Position numbers and translations under genes: made by a program. A stretch of 48,443 bases of DNA from Priapulus caudatus. Its lineage: Eukaryota. How positions within the stretch are numbered: position 1 is the first letter of the stretch; every line of letters begins with the position of its first letter. Shown piece after piece: positions 11,999-27,170 of the stretch. The stretch covers positions 629,528 through 677,970 of the forward strand of contig NW_014577064.1 in NCBI RefSeq assembly GCF_000485595.1, given 5' to 3'. The notes under the pieces are model-generated. The model did not search any database, was not told where the DNA came from, and saw only the letters and a list, made by a program, of their open reading frames with translations.

Positions 11999-12272
11999 TG
12001 TAGTATGCTGTACCAATGACCATAGACTATACATCGTGATTATATCTATGATCTAACTTATTGCTGTTGCTTGGTACGACGTGTTGCGTAGGGTTTCGTC
12101 CACATTCAACAGGAAGCGTGTGTATTTTCGTGTGGTATTGTAATTTCATACGTCAGCTAAATAGTTCCGATATCAAAGGGATCAGTCACGAATTTGCAAG
12201 GGAAAGAATATTCTGCATGAAGCATAAAGAGTGATCTATCGTAAATTTCGCGGCACTATCAACCTGACATCT

Positions 12273-12970
<698 letters not shown>

Positions 12971-13378
12971 GAGCTTTAGGAGCGCGAGCAGGAAACATTG
13001 GTGTGTCGACGTAAGTCAACCTTTGTCCTTTTAATCTGGCTAGTGCAGATCTGCGGTAATTCTTTCACAAGTGGTGCCAGCATCACCATGTCCGGCTCGG
13101 CGTATGCTATAATCCTCGTTAATACCATTATCATGAATATCATATCCGCACCCGCGCCCTTAGATCGTGGGTATTCACTTTAACTCGACCCACTCGTTAA
13201 AGCGATGCATTACTCTAAGTTCTTTAGATATTTTCAGTTAATATAGGTTAAAATTACGCTACGTAAAAAAAATTATGTACGTTAAAAGTTTAATATTCAT
13301 TAGAAATATTTTTAAAAGGTAAAACTGACGGCTATACCGTTGCTTACCACAACGGTGGCGCCACTGGCAGCGCATCTA

Positions 13379-13630
13379 CTGAAAAGGTTGCGCAAAGCAA
13401 CATTTCGGCTGCAGGCTACAGACGGGGGTGTTTCTTATTTATTAATTTAAGAAGAGAAGGATTACAATATCATATAAACGACCTGTTTTCAGTCATAATA
13501 TGGACGAATTTGTCATAAAATAATTTGTCGTTCGGCTAAATAGCAGTTAGGTATAAATATAATTCGTTTGTGATTAGCCCTCCGTCTGTATACCGTGCAA
13601 AATAAATGGGCAAATGCGCAACTTTTTCAG
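13379..13630. mobile_element. Degenerate MITE-like inverted-repeat element
   Basis: CTGAAAAGGTTGCGCA pairs with TGCGCAACTTTTTCAG (15/16), and TACAGACGGGGG pairs with CCCTCCGTCTGTA at matching spacing; true ends and TSD unresolved. Confidence 0.55.
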
Positions 13631-16328
13631 GGTGGCGGAATCGCGCGGTGTCATGTCAGCGGTCAAAAATAAACGATTTCGAAATTTACTGTTGTTATAT
13701 GACAAACGTGAATGCGTGATTATAGAAATGTGTAGGTATGTGCTATTATTTATGCACTTGCTGTCATAATATGCTCTAAAATTTTAGAGGAAGTATCCCC
13801 GTCGTAGTATTTCGTCGTTTTCGAACGTCATGCATTTCAAACGCAGATCGCGTTTCGCAAACGCAAACGTCAACAAGACGCTACCTACCTCATAACAATA
13901 TGTTCAGGCACTGCAGACAACAGTATTTCATTCGAAATCGAAAAATACAAAAAATGTACCAGTAGTAAATGGAATATGATAATAATATACAGTATTATTT
14001 TATTACTGCTACTATGTAAATACTCTAGTACTACTACATATCTGTATTCTATAGTGATGTATTTTAGGTGTTATGTGCGTTACTACTGCAAGAATGCTTG
14101 AAATAAGATAATAATCAAATAGGCAGAAATAATGACAGAACTGGAAAGAGGCGTGTGCATGAGACGATGACGTCACGCAAGTGTGTAGATTTATATCGCG
14201 GCCAACGCCTAGTGAATGCTCTCTGTATTCTTCCTGGCTCGTACCAATGAATAACAGCATCCCGCTATAGCTATAGACAGTGAACCAAAAGAAGTTGCAA
14301 ATGCCACGCTACACATGCGCGGTGAGGATGAGGATGCGAGGTTTGCAGCCGACGTGTCTGTAGCTTGTTCATCGGTCTGCCCTTCAGCTCGGGAACCTTA
14401 TGGAACGACCCGCACCGATGCAACGCTTTACTGCGTCTTACATTCAGATTCACTGCTAGTATGACTATAATTTCCTCGCGGCATATATCGGTCCGGTATG
14501 TAGTCCGGATATTCGGCCATGTGATCTAATATTTGTCGGGGTTGTAAACTAAAAACGACTTGCGAATATCACGCACAATAGAGCAGCAGGTAATATAAGC
14601 ACAAAAGGATGGAAATACACGAAGTGGTAATAAATAGAAGTGGTTCTCATGAGAGTGTATAATGAAAACTACTATATAATGCATTCTTTATAGTTTTCAT
14701 TGGTTGCCGCATTTCTGCTCCCGCGCTGCCAGTACCGTGCCATCATGCAACATGTCTATGTTATATAATTCTCAATTTACTATAAATTATTCCTGATTAT
14801 TAATTATTATAATCAATCTTTTATATTAATATATAATATAATGTATTCTCGGATTATTCTAGGAACCGTAGACGTGACATTTCGTAGCAAGTGCGCCCAC
14901 TTCGTGCAGACCGATGACCGCACAACATTACGAACTAATTATAATATTTCTGCTAACCCAAACAAAATTTGGTTGCTTTGTTATATCTGGTATCCGCCTA
15001 ACATTCCGAAAGGTTCCCGCACGGCAATGACCGAGTCCTGCTGAAAAGCTCTAATCTAAAATCCATTTCTGAAGATTACTGCCAGACCCGTAGATCATTG
15101 ACCACACAAACACTGGCGCATCTGTTGGCACCGCCGTCGCGTAATGATACGTAGCGGCCGCAAAGATCTGCCGGCGAGTGAGAGCATGCAGCCGGAAGTG
15201 CTGCTGCGGTGGAGCATGCAGTCGAGCGCGAGCTGCGTGATTGGCAGTCCAGTGAGAGTGATTGTGCCGATAGAGCGTTGTCGTGTCGTGTACGCGTCGT
15301 ATATAGACAGACAAGACTGTCTCCAGCCGGCTGTGACGGCAGCGTTCCACGGCAGCTTATCGCCTGCTATTATGCTACACCGACTCCTCGCAAGTGAAAC
15401 CGTTTCCGGGTACTTTCGCTTAGTGCATAGACACGGCAAAAGCCGTAGCTGCCGAGGCGGCTGTGAGATGTGGAAGTAAAGTCTTCCGTGTTTTCTTCCA
15501 CTTTCGCTTTGGTGCCGCGCGTTGGGGGACGAGGGAGCAGCGGCAAGCTCCATCTCAGATCAGCATGTTGTTTTTATCTACTGACGAATTCGACTTGGTT
15601 AAATAGTGTACGCGATTTACATGTATGTGGGAAACGATGTAAGCTGTTGTGTAAATACTCTTACTTGGTAAAAAAAAACAACATTACAATAATCCGAGTA
15701 TGCAGCGAAGGAATGCCGTGAACAATTGAAACATGATCACGGAATAAATAACGTCACACGATAATTGCTTCACACACGCCACAACATACACGCCGTGCGA
15801 GCTCGCCAGCAATCAGCGGATTGTTCGCATGCCTCTAGATATATAATCTGACATAAGGGGTAATTAACTAGACGTTCTCGTCTAGAAGTCTAACGATGAA
15901 TCTCGCACCATGGAGTATCTTTATTGTGCCTGATATAATGCGGCCTTGTTCTACCCGTCTAGCGACGGTAGCGCACCCCTTCCTACCCTGCCTTCGCTTC
16001 GCCGCAGGCAGGGTAGAGCCCGAGTAGGATGAGAATGGGAGGAGTGGAGTTATGGGTGGGGCCGGGCAGTGAACTTGCGCCCGTTTACATAGTGCCCGTA
16101 TGTAGCATTCAGAGGAAGACAACGTGCAGCTCTCAATACGATTTGCTAATAATCCGAGAATAAAATCCGATTGGCTGCCGAATTGTTATTTTGACTCCCT
16201 GGCGGGGGGGACCTTGCCATTAATCAGCAACATCAGTGGCGGTTACGTACGGGTACTATATGACTCTGCGATCGACAGAGAGAATCTAAATCCTAATCGG
16301 CTTTGGAATTGAATTTTACTTAATTTTA

Positions 16329-17010
16329 GGCGTGTTCACACACAAGAAAACCCGCGATGCTAATCGCGATGGAAATACCGAGATAATTGTGCCCTTGTTC
16401 ACACAGGCGAAAATATCTCGCTAATCGCCGAGCGGGATAATTCTATTAATCGAACTGCGCATGCCTGATATTAAGCCGGAATATAACCCTTCCGGTCGCG
16501 CGCGCGAATTATGTACTACCGGGATTCGAGTTCGGTGTTCGATTCCACGTACACGGCAGTGCAGTCGTTGGTAGTAGTCTAGCTCTGTTACGTTAAACTT
16601 AACGTATGCTACTCTAGCTCTGTTACGTTAACGTATGCTACTCCCCTAGCTCTGGTTTACGTTAACGTATGCTAACTCTACACGTCTGCACGTATTTACG
16701 GGAAACACATCGTATTGTTAGTAGCAGAGTTCGATGACTGCAATCTTTTCAGTGTTGAATGAGAATGGAGATAGAAAATACCGGGATTATTGCCGCGAGC
16801 GCGTTCAACACACCACAGCCGCCGCGTGCAATTAATCGCGCTAATTCGCCTAATAATCGCAGTCTAAAGCGCGATTTGCCCCAGCGCGATGCTGATCGCG
16901 ATACTAGTAGGATTTTTGCGTATCACACTTGTAAAAATCTCGAGATTCAGGATCGCGATGCAAAAACCGCACGATTGGCATCTCGCTAGATTCCCGCCGT
17001 GTGAACGGCC
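16329..17010. mobile_element. PIF/Harbinger-type (Tourist-like) MITE, 682 bp
   Basis: Termini GGCGTGTTCACAC ... GTGTGAACGGCC with TTA on both sides (16326-16328 and 17011-17013); no coding capacity. Confidence 0.8.
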
Positions 17011-17231
17011 TTAATAGTTAATGTGAAAAAAATGCATCTATCTATTTATCTAATCTAATCTAATCTATCTATGTTATCATCTAATCAAATCTATCTATCT
17101 ATGCTATCTATCTATCTATACTATGCTATCTATCTATGCTATCTCTCATTCTCGTCTCTCTTTCTCTGCTCTCTCTCTCTCTCTCTCTCTCTCTCCGTCT
17201 CTCTCTCTCTATATATATATATATAATATAT

Positions 17232-17262
<31 letters not shown>

Positions 17263-19809
17263 TAATATTATATATTTTTAAATTATATATGTATATATAT
17301 AGGCCTATATATATATATTTCTCTTTCTCCCCGTCTGTCTCCCTTTCTCTTCCTACTCTCTCTCTTTCTCCATAAATCTTTCTCTCTATCATTCGGTGTG
17401 TCTTTCGTTAGCACCGTCTACACGTAGATGAAGAATGGCGACTGTATACTAAGCATTACGGCGATGCTGAGCGTTGCTATAGTAACCGCCTCCTTCCCCC
17501 TGGCTCTGTTATTTCATCGGCTATCGTTGTTGCAGGGCGACACGCAAGGCCACAGAAACGACGCAGCGCTGGTGTGCGTTATGAAGTAACAAACTTTATT
17601 TCCCATAATCCGAGCATAATTACCCGATGATTTTCGGCTTTATAATGTCTCATACTTTGCTGGTTCAATACGGGCACGTATGGCACAGACCCTGTTATTT
17701 CGCACCGCGGGAATTAACGAGCGTGACGATGTTTTATATAGCTTGATTGGAATGATTACTACGTACTGCTGTTCCTAGCGCGCGTCAACGTAGATGCGCT
17801 GGCCTGCAAGGTGGCTATTTAGATAAATATGAAGAAAAAAAACGTTAATAGAAATGAGCAAGCAAGCTATTTCGCAAAGTATAAACCATCGCTATCTTCA
17901 GAGTTGAGTATCAATAACGAGTGAAATGTATACACGCAGGCCATCGGTGGATGCCAGTCAGAAAATATATGGTAACAACTGGTTCTTAACGCCTACTTTA
18001 CCGCCTAATTCCAGAAAGCGCACTTTTCAGAAAAATGCTTGTCAATGAACAAATTTTCTTGTGTGCGTTTGGTCTACGATTCAGAAATTACCTCCATATT
18101 ATTGATCATATTTGATGTTCAGTGATCATGAGAGCTTATATATGCATCCTCACAGGCAGTACGGACCCCACTACGGGTAGTACACTCACAGAGGCTTTTA
18201 GCAGTGCAATAATCGTTATTTTGTTAAGTGCTTTACCAAAACATCGTCTCAGCAAACGCAAATATTTGCATGTTCACTACACATTAAAGCAAAAATTACG
18301 ACACGATTATAGACACGTTTTCACAAATAAAGATGTGGAGAACCATGAAGAGGGATATCGCTTATAATTCTGGGATTTCACGCTAATATTGTAGCACAAT
18401 CGCTGTGTGGGATGAAGGCATGTTAACGCATCAGACCGAAGAATTCCTGCGATGAAAATATCCATCTACAGATCTTATCCGCAGATAACATTGAGAGGCG
18501 AACAAATTATATGCGATGTCATGAGTTAGTTATTGATCACTCTGCGCATAATTTATACTTCCTCGAGCGCGAGTGTATGGTCTGCGTAATTGGCCTGCGT
18601 AAACTGCCTATATAGGCAGTACGTTTCCACTACGTTTCCTACTCACCACGTAGCGTATACATATATACAGGTTATTGCTACTACCACCGAGTCTACGCCA
18701 AGCGCAACGCCACAAAGCAGTAAGCGAAAGAAAACACGCCACACGCCAAGTTACCGCGACAGCAAACATTCAGAGAAGCTGAACGAAATCGCCAAAGAAA
18801 CACACAGCCGGCTCCTTGTTATGTGCCTCGTTCATCGCAATTTTGGCAGACGGACCTGAACAACACAGACATATACCGCCTCTATATATACGGTGGCCAA
18901 TGCTCTCTTACAGGGGCGTTGGCAGAGGTGTCCGACACTGGTGCTAACGTTCCCCATGGGAAGGCGAATGTCCTCGACGAAGGGCTGAACTCGTATTGTG
19001 AGTAGGGGGAGGGGGCCAAATGCTATATTAAACTAGAGGCTCCGAATGTTTTTGTCAAAATTTAAAGATTTTAAATTGCCATGTTTAGCGTTTTAACAAC
19101 GAACAATAACGAGTAAATAACTATTATGAGTGCTACAGCTTATAGGGCGACTGCAGTTTTTTTCAGAGATTCCACGACGAGTCACTGATTTTTTCAGACA
19201 GGCTGCCACCCCCTGCCTTTCTGGCGCTACTCCGGGTTTCCCAGCGGCAGTCGGGGTATATACTCCACTAACTATGTCATTATGCATTTTACATGAGTCA
19301 CATGAGAGAATGGGTGAAAGCTGCGATAAAGGCGACAAACGAGCGAAGCCGGCGCGAAATAATCTGCAACAATAACATGAAAGAGATTTTTGAGAGGATA
19401 CGTGTCTGATGGTACATGGATGATTATGCCATGTCATCATAGAGTAGCTAGCAGCTTCGTGCGCGAAGTATGCTGTTTGCAGGCGTGTGTTGAGCACCAT
19501 GCGGGCAACGATTATCCTTCGTATTCCACCATATCGTCGGGCGCTTTTAAAAAAAAAAGCTCGAGGTAAAGCAATTATCTGGCGAAATTATGTTTGTTCG
19601 CCATCGAAATAATGCTACCAGACTGCTGTCTGCGTGATTGCCTTCTTGTCCATAAACTAATAAAGGGATCACTACCGCAAGGTCGATATACATTGAAGTG
19701 AAATTATTTTACATCTAGACTAATGTTTAAAGTCGATGCCTCTCCCCTGAACACAGACACATACGCAAGTGCGCGTGCGAGCACACACGGACACACACAC
19801 ACCCAGGCG

Positions 19810-19873
<64 letters not shown>

Positions 19874-21229
19874 ATGACTAATGTGACGTTATAACGAAGA
19901 TGAAGCGAGATGGAATCGCAGCCGGTGCTCAAGGCGCCAGGTTAGCATATTAGAGTCCATTTCGTTTGACTTTTACCGACAAGTTATCCATTATAAACAG
20001 CGACAGCAATCTGCGTTGACAAAATACTGGGTGTCGCCAGTCCGCTGTCATCCACCGCAAATCAGGGGCGGACAATGAGCTATTGCCGACATTACTGTAA
20101 GGCGGGGATACTGGGCGGGTCTCTGTAGAGCTCACGTGGTACGTGACAAAGTAATAGACTGCGACGTGGCCATCGGCGATGACCGGACCGTCATTCGTCG
20201 ACAAGATTTTCGCCTTCAGACATAGTGCAAATAATCCCTGTACTGGTTATGAATGCAGGTGTGCACAGTTGCGTGTAAGTCGTCGGCTAAACACCCAGGA
20301 GCTCTACATCGGTGCCTCCGCGTTACGACCAGTCACGTGCCTATATACCCAGCAGCTCATTGGTTCGTTGATGATACGTTGCGCAGCCGATGCGGCCATT
20401 CAACCCGGTTTATATCGAAACGTGAGAATTCTCTTTCTTTAGTTGGTTAGCACACCCAGATTTTCTTAACACAGTCGTCATGCATATACTCTGCTTTCAC
20501 AACACACATACGTGTCAGAATTCTACCTGACAAGTTGAAAAAATAATCCAATCAATCGATAAGATTAGCGAAGATGTTCTAATCGTTGTTGCACGAAAAA
20601 GATGCAAACATAATGTGATTGCTAACGCAAGCACGTTTCTTGCTTCCGTCTATATAAGTTAACAAGTTTATAATACCATGAACAAGTTATAACTCAGACA
20701 GAAGCTATTGACTGGCAACAATCAAGCCATCGCGTCTATATAAAGTATGCTACACGGTGTTGTCGGTATGATGTCGATGAGCTGTCGTAGTCTATAGGGA
20801 GGATCAATCTATCACTCACGGCGGAACAAGGCTTAGCGTTCAATGTAGTTAGATCTAAGCGTAACCCTGCGCGTGACCCCAACTCGTACGATAGCCCTGA
20901 TCCTAACTCTAACCGTACCGGTAACTATAAAGCTATCCCTAACTCCGTGTTGAGTGACCTTATGGCACTCCCGCGTTGCCACGGATGACCGCTTGAGACC
21001 ACTCTCCCTTTCTCTCGCGTCCTTTCACGTATCACTCAACTCTTCTAGTGAAACATTGATGGAATCAACAGTGGATAACGATGCGCAGGGCATCGCTGTG
21101 TGTGATGCACGTCGTGAATATACACGGACGAAAAAAATCAACCCTCCGCTCGGCGCTTTGCATTTGCCGACCTGAAGCATGCCCGTTGCAAGCTCGTGCA
21201 ATCTTTATAGAAGCTCAGCGGCGCTTGCA

Positions 21230-21918
21230 CGCACGTGTACGCGTGTGTACGTCTGTGCGTGCAGGTATACGCGCGTGCGTGCGTGTGTGTGTTCGTGCGT
21301 GCGTGTGTATGTGTGTGCGTGCGTGCGCGTGTACGTGTGTGTGTGTGTGCGTGCGTGTGCGTATGTGCGTGTGTGCGTGTGTGCGTACGTGTACGTGGGT
21401 GCGTATGTGTGTGTATGCATGCGTGCGTATGTACGTGTGTGCGTGCGTATGTGCGTGTGTACGTGTGTATGTGTGCGCGTGCGTGTGTATGTATGTATGT
21501 GTGTGCACGCGTGCGTGTGTATGTGTGTGCGTGCGTGCGCGTGTATGTGTGTGCGTGCGTGCGTGTGTATGTGTGTGCGTGCGTGCGCGTGTGTGTGTGC
21601 GTGCGTGTGTGTATATGTGTGTGCGTGCGTGCGCGTGTAACGTGCTGTGCGTGCGTGCGTGATGGTATGTGTGTGCGTGTGTCCGTAGCGTTGTACGTGG
21701 GTGCGTGTTGTGTGTGTGTGTGTATGTTTGTGTGTGTGTGGTGTGTGTGTGTGTGGTGTGTGTGTGTGTGTGTGTGTGGTGGGTTTGTGTGTGTGTGCTG
21801 CGCGTGCTACGTGGTGTACGTGTGCGTGACGTGTGTGGTGCGTTATGCTAGGCGTGTGTGCGGTGTTGTGACGTGTGTGCGTTGTGCGTGGCGTGCGTGT
21901 AACGTGGGTGCGTGCGGT

Positions 21919-21968
<50 letters not shown>

Positions 21969-22051
21969 CGTTCGGCGTGTACGTGTGTGTGGGTGCGTGT
22001 GTGTAGTGCGTGTGTGGCGTGGCCGTGTACGTGCGTGCGTGCGTGCGTTGT

Positions 22052-22087
<36 letters not shown>

Positions 22088-22662
22088 TGGGCTAGTATGT
22101 AGAGTGTGTGTGTGCGTGCGCGCAGTGTTGTAGTGTGTGTGTGTGTGTGTGCTGTGTGTAATGTGTGTGTGTGCGTGCGCGCGGCGTTGTGTGTTGTGTG
22201 GTGGTGTGTGTGTGTGTGTGTGTGTGCGTGCGCGTCTACGTGTGTACGTGTGCGTGTACGCGTGTGCGTGCGTGTATGTAGGTGTGTGTGTGTGTGGTAT
22301 TGCGTGCGGCTACGTGTTTGTACGATGTGCGTGTAGCGTGTGATGCGTCGTGTAAGTAGGTGTGCGTGTGTGTGTGTGCGTGGCGAGGCGTCTACGTGTG
22401 TACGTGATGCGTGTACGTATGTCGTTGCGTGTATGTAGGTGTGTGTGTGTGTGTAGTGTTGTGTGTGTGTGTGTGTGTAGTGTGTGTGTTGGCGGGCGCG
22501 TCTACGTATTGTGTAACGTGTGCGTGTACGCGTGTCGTGCGTGCTATGTAGGCGGTGGCGTGATGTGTGGTGTGTGTGTGTTTGTGGTGTGCGTGCGGCG
22601 TCTACGTGATGTTACGTGTCGCGTGTACGCGTGTGCGTGCGTGTATGTAGGTGTGTGTGTGC
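21230..22662. repeat. Large imperfect (GT)/(GCGT) microsatellite field
   Basis: Direct inspection; source of the CV- and HT-rich ORFs. Confidence 0.95.
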
Positions 22663-23406
22663 ACACGGCCGAACACGCAGACAAAGCGGCGCACTTTTTG
22701 CCGAGTGCATTACTTTCGGTGTGTTTGCCTTTTCGCTCCCCGAGCGAAACCTGTTTGTAGAAGAGGCTAACGCGGCGACATACGAGGGACAATAAAATGC
22801 GCGGGATACACCCTGCAATATAAAGGCCAGTGCCCTATCGACATGGGAAATAATCGAGCAAGTCCATGTGAAGAGCGAGCGAGCGAGCAAGCGAGAGAAA
22901 GAGAGAGAGAGAGTGGAGAGGGGACACTGTTTGATTGTCAGAAGAAGCGCTCTCAACGTCAATGACTTAGCCTAGCGGCGGTAAAGTCAAATATCTTTAC
23001 TCGTGGAGCACTAGCTACCGGTAATTTAATGCGGCTAGTCCGTAGTCCCGCCGGAGCGGCATGCATGCTCGTTAGTAACGTGCTCGGCGGGCCGCAGGAA
23101 AGAATTGTTTCCCAGTCGATCAACATCGCTAAATTGGCGGCATGTCGCTCGTAAAAAGAGCAGTTCTGCATGTACGCCTATGGCCGTATACGATGACACT
23201 CCCTACGCCATTGTAGGCGCGTTCACTTCACGCACAACAAATGATTCCTTTCTGCCAAACCAATTTCACGCTAGGTTTTTGCGGACCTTTCGAGGGCTTT
23301 TCGTGATCCACGACCGCGCAGTTAAGAAGTGGGATGAACTGTGAAGTGAGGGGGAATGCCTGTGACAGAGGGGAAGCAATTACAACCTATATGTTCTACA
23401 TAGTAG

Positions 23407-23445
23407 CAGGAGTAGATAATAGGGAATCCCTATTATCTACTCCTG
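23407..23445. mobile_element. 39-bp perfect palindrome CAGGAGTAGATAATAGGGA-A-TCCCTATTATCTACTCCTG with ATAGTAG target-site duplication
   Basis: 19-bp arms; identical 7-mers at 23400-23406 and 23446-23452. Confidence 0.8.
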
Positions 23446-24705
23446 ATAGTAGCCTACATATTAATATGTCCATAACATTATGCTTATACCGTGTAGATTC
23501 GATTAACTTATTGTTTGATGCAACGAGGCTATAAGTTCACGATGAAATAAAAAAAATATCTCACCATCCAACCCCCTCTTGTTAATCCGTCGTTCTTAGA
23601 AAGAGAAGATAGACATATTGGATTAATAATCTCAGCATAAGCCATCCATGTGGGGGTCAACATACGGTGTTAAACACCTGGCTGGATGGACGATTTTGAC
23701 AGCCCCGAGTAACAAGTCAAGTTTAACTTGCGCGCTAGAGCAGTGTGCTCGAGTCATGCAGCCTACGGTTTACATTCAACATATAACACGTGTAATTCAC
23801 ACCTCAGATGATCGGTTATCGTTATAAATCGCAGTGCAATTAACAAAGCATATTATTTATTATATATATATATATATATACATATCACATTACTTTTCAA
23901 GGAATTTTGAATAAACCGCAAAACACTATAAATTGCATAGATTGTACAATGAGTACATATTTATTCTTAATCTTGTTGAAACACAAGAGTAAACTTACTT
24001 TACTTTACTTTACTTTACTTTTACACAACTTACTTAACCTCTACAACCCTATTAATAAATCTTTATTGATTATTATATCAGTTGGCTTACATAGTTACAT
24101 TATTAGGCGGCAATATAAGTGATAATCAAGCGAAAAACTGCATACTCTCTATAATACCACATATACACGCGTGGAGCAATTGCGGAATTTGTATACTAGC
24201 GGCAGCCAAAAAAGAAATTTAGAGAAGAAAAAAAAGCGTCTAATCATAAGCTTCCACCAAGAAATGAACAAGGAAGAATGCCGAAGTAGAGGCCTGTGTA
24301 TTTTAATTACAACCATACGAAGCAATATGTAACCGTCCGAGCTTGGACCCGCGTTTAGATAACGTTATACCTCGCAGGATAGTTAGGGAAGCCTAGAGCT
24401 GAATGACCACTCATAGAAGACTCTTTCTATGGGTAAGAAATCACAAGAGGTGACGCTTAAATTTGGTTAAAAATAAACATCTTTAAGGTTCATATTCGCC
24501 TTGGCAGGTGTTAGCGTCCGCGCCATGATGCGATGAAGTAATAAGTTGGCAACATATAGGATTCGCGGACGTAGTTGAGTCAGCTCTACGCGTGTCCATG
24601 TGCTATAGGAACTATTACCCACAAGATAATTTACCGGAAAACTATTCTGATGTTCCGAAACGTGCAGTACTGCTACACGCATCATTGTCTCGCACATACA
24701 TACAT

Positions 24706-24755
<50 letters not shown>

Positions 24756-25192
24756 CCGTACATGCGGGAACTCTGGCTGATGAAAGCTAGAGTACCCAAT
24801 TCGTTCAACTAGGCGTATACTTTATTACGCAGGAAGTAAAATTTTCGATACAGCCGAATATTTGAAAGCGCAAGTTGAGCGCGTTCGGTCGGTCGGGCTG
24901 TGATGAGACCATGCGTCAAACTTTCTTTCTAATTCGGCTGGTGTTTCGCATAAATACTCGCGCATCCACTTTACTATTCTATACATTTAATCTCAGAGTT
25001 CATCTGGATCAGCTAGTTCCCTTCCCACACTGCATAGTTAATGATGCAGGCCCGCGTATAAATACTACTACGTGGCAATTATATCTAATTAGTATTTGTG
25101 TGTAACAATGCGAAACAACCGGTCTCTCTCATAATAGAACAGTTAATTTTATGCTCAGCAGCCTCGTGATAAGGGAGCGGGATACATCATAT

Positions 25193-25242
25193 CAAGAGCG
25201 TATAAAGAAGGTAGAAGAAATAACCGTCTTTATAAGCTCTTG
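25193..25242. mobile_element. 50-bp CAAGAG...CTCTTG palindromic remnant with decayed 7-bp duplication
   Basis: Arms CAAGAGCGTATAAAGA / TCTTTATAAGCTCTTG (15/16); flanks ATCATAT and ATTATGT (5/7, both differences are transitions). Confidence 0.65.
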
Positions 25243-27106
25243 ATTATGTAACTATGTAGCATATGTTCAACGACTGGGAATTGTAAACGGTAATGCACCC
25301 GTAATCCACCATGTATTCGTAATTAACCGTTGGCAGGACAAGATCAGTCTCGTGGGAAGTCAACACGGAAACACCGAAACAGGAAAGCTATACAACTAAT
25401 TTATGCCGCATTGTATCACCAGCTTATCAAAATTAGTAATGCGTATACGGAAGCCGGCAATTCATATAGTTTTTATTATAAGCTCGCGAGCATCGTCTTA
25501 CGCGACGTCATCACCCTCCTGGTTATGAAAGTTATTTGCACTAGCTCATTTAGGTCTTTTACTTCGCTGAGATGATGACATCTGAAGTAGAAGAGCAAAC
25601 GTGCGACAACTGTCAGTGACTTCATACAGGTGCTGCCCCTAGCACATGGTTCCGGCACTTGCGAGTAAAACACATTCTACTAGGCGGCTATAGAAAACTG
25701 ATTCACGATAGGCGAAGTCACGAATATCAATATCGTGATAGCGTGATCATATATGCATATACATGCTCTGTTATACTCCGTAATGACACGTACGTTGTCT
25801 GTCAGACCGTCACTCAGGCTGCTGTCCCGCATACACAACCTAGTATGGGAACAACGACATTACAGATCACGCCATGGCCTTGTATAAACACGATGAGTTA
25901 CCCGGGAGAGGTTTAGCCGCTATTAGTGCGATCGCGTCCGTCTAATGCCCGCGTTGATGACCACCAGACAGTGTCACATTAGTCCATCGTACAAACATGA
26001 GTCGCGGGCGGCCGCCCCGTCAACGACAACCTGCTCTATTATACCGGAGTGCAGCTTTTGATCAGGGACTTTATGTTTACCGCGCTAGAGAGCTTCCCGT
26101 GGGGCGCGTGAGGCTGGGCGAAATCTCGAATGCGCTGTCTGTTATTATCAGTTCATAGAATTATCCCGAGTTTATTGAATTCGCGTAATTAGAAAAATGG
26201 AGCAGTCGCGAATGAGAGTAATCGACACTGTTTTGTTGTTGCTTGCAATCGATTTATTTTCAATGCCTAATTAATTGATGAGTTTATATGCAGCAGGGTT
26301 TGACCCCGCTTGTCCAACCAGCCCGCGTTTTTCTTTGACCAATGAAGATACCTGCGTCCAATAGACATGCGGCTATAAAACAACTCAACATACATCCAAG
26401 AATATTGGCATACCTTACCCGACACAACGTGTAACAAATAGTGACAAAGGCATAGTAGAGAACCTGTTGAAGGTAGCAATGTCGTACGACCAATCGTGGT
26501 ATTTCGGAAGTGTTTACGAAGTTAGGCATGCGTCGCCGTAACAATGCCATCCAGCACGAAACTCGTGAATACCTGGAGCGCATTTCTCATGAGTGAGAGT
26601 TGTGAAGTCGTGTAAGATTATCACGAGATGAGGGCGTACACAATGCGTGTCTTTGTCAAGCTGCACAACACTGCACTATCTCAAGTTGGCGTTTACTAGT
26701 CAGAATCATGACACAGTTATGTATATAGCAGCAGCGGCGGCGCGTTAATAGATAACTAGCCAAGTTCCTCGCATCACGGAAAGAAAGGGAATAAAAAGGA
26801 ATCTCTCGCAGTACCAGTACACAGCTGAATGTCACGTATCAACGATCGGATCGAATCAGACCGCAACGTCTGACAATGGGCACTATAACCAAGAACTCTG
26901 CAGCATGTAGAATAAATCACGTTTCTTAGCTATGTTCCTCGGATATACGCGGTTATCTTCAATGATAAAATTCCTGTGTAACTGCTATTTAAGTTTCTAT
27001 TGGCACCGCACACGCTGTAATTTCAGCGCGATCGTGCTGGACTATCAAGCGAACCCGGCCATTATCACTCCATATATTACATACATACATATACACATAT
27101 ATATAC

Positions 27107-27170
<64 letters not shown>

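Noticed and set aside
12021..12050. CATAG...CTATG short palindrome (similar one near 24412-24431) as further footprints
   Set aside because: Imperfect arms and no flanking 7- or 8-bp direct repeat.
18670..18859. Basic ORF (SKRKKTRHTPSYRD) as a transposase N-terminus
   Set aside because: No zinc-finger or catalytic motif follows; too short to support.
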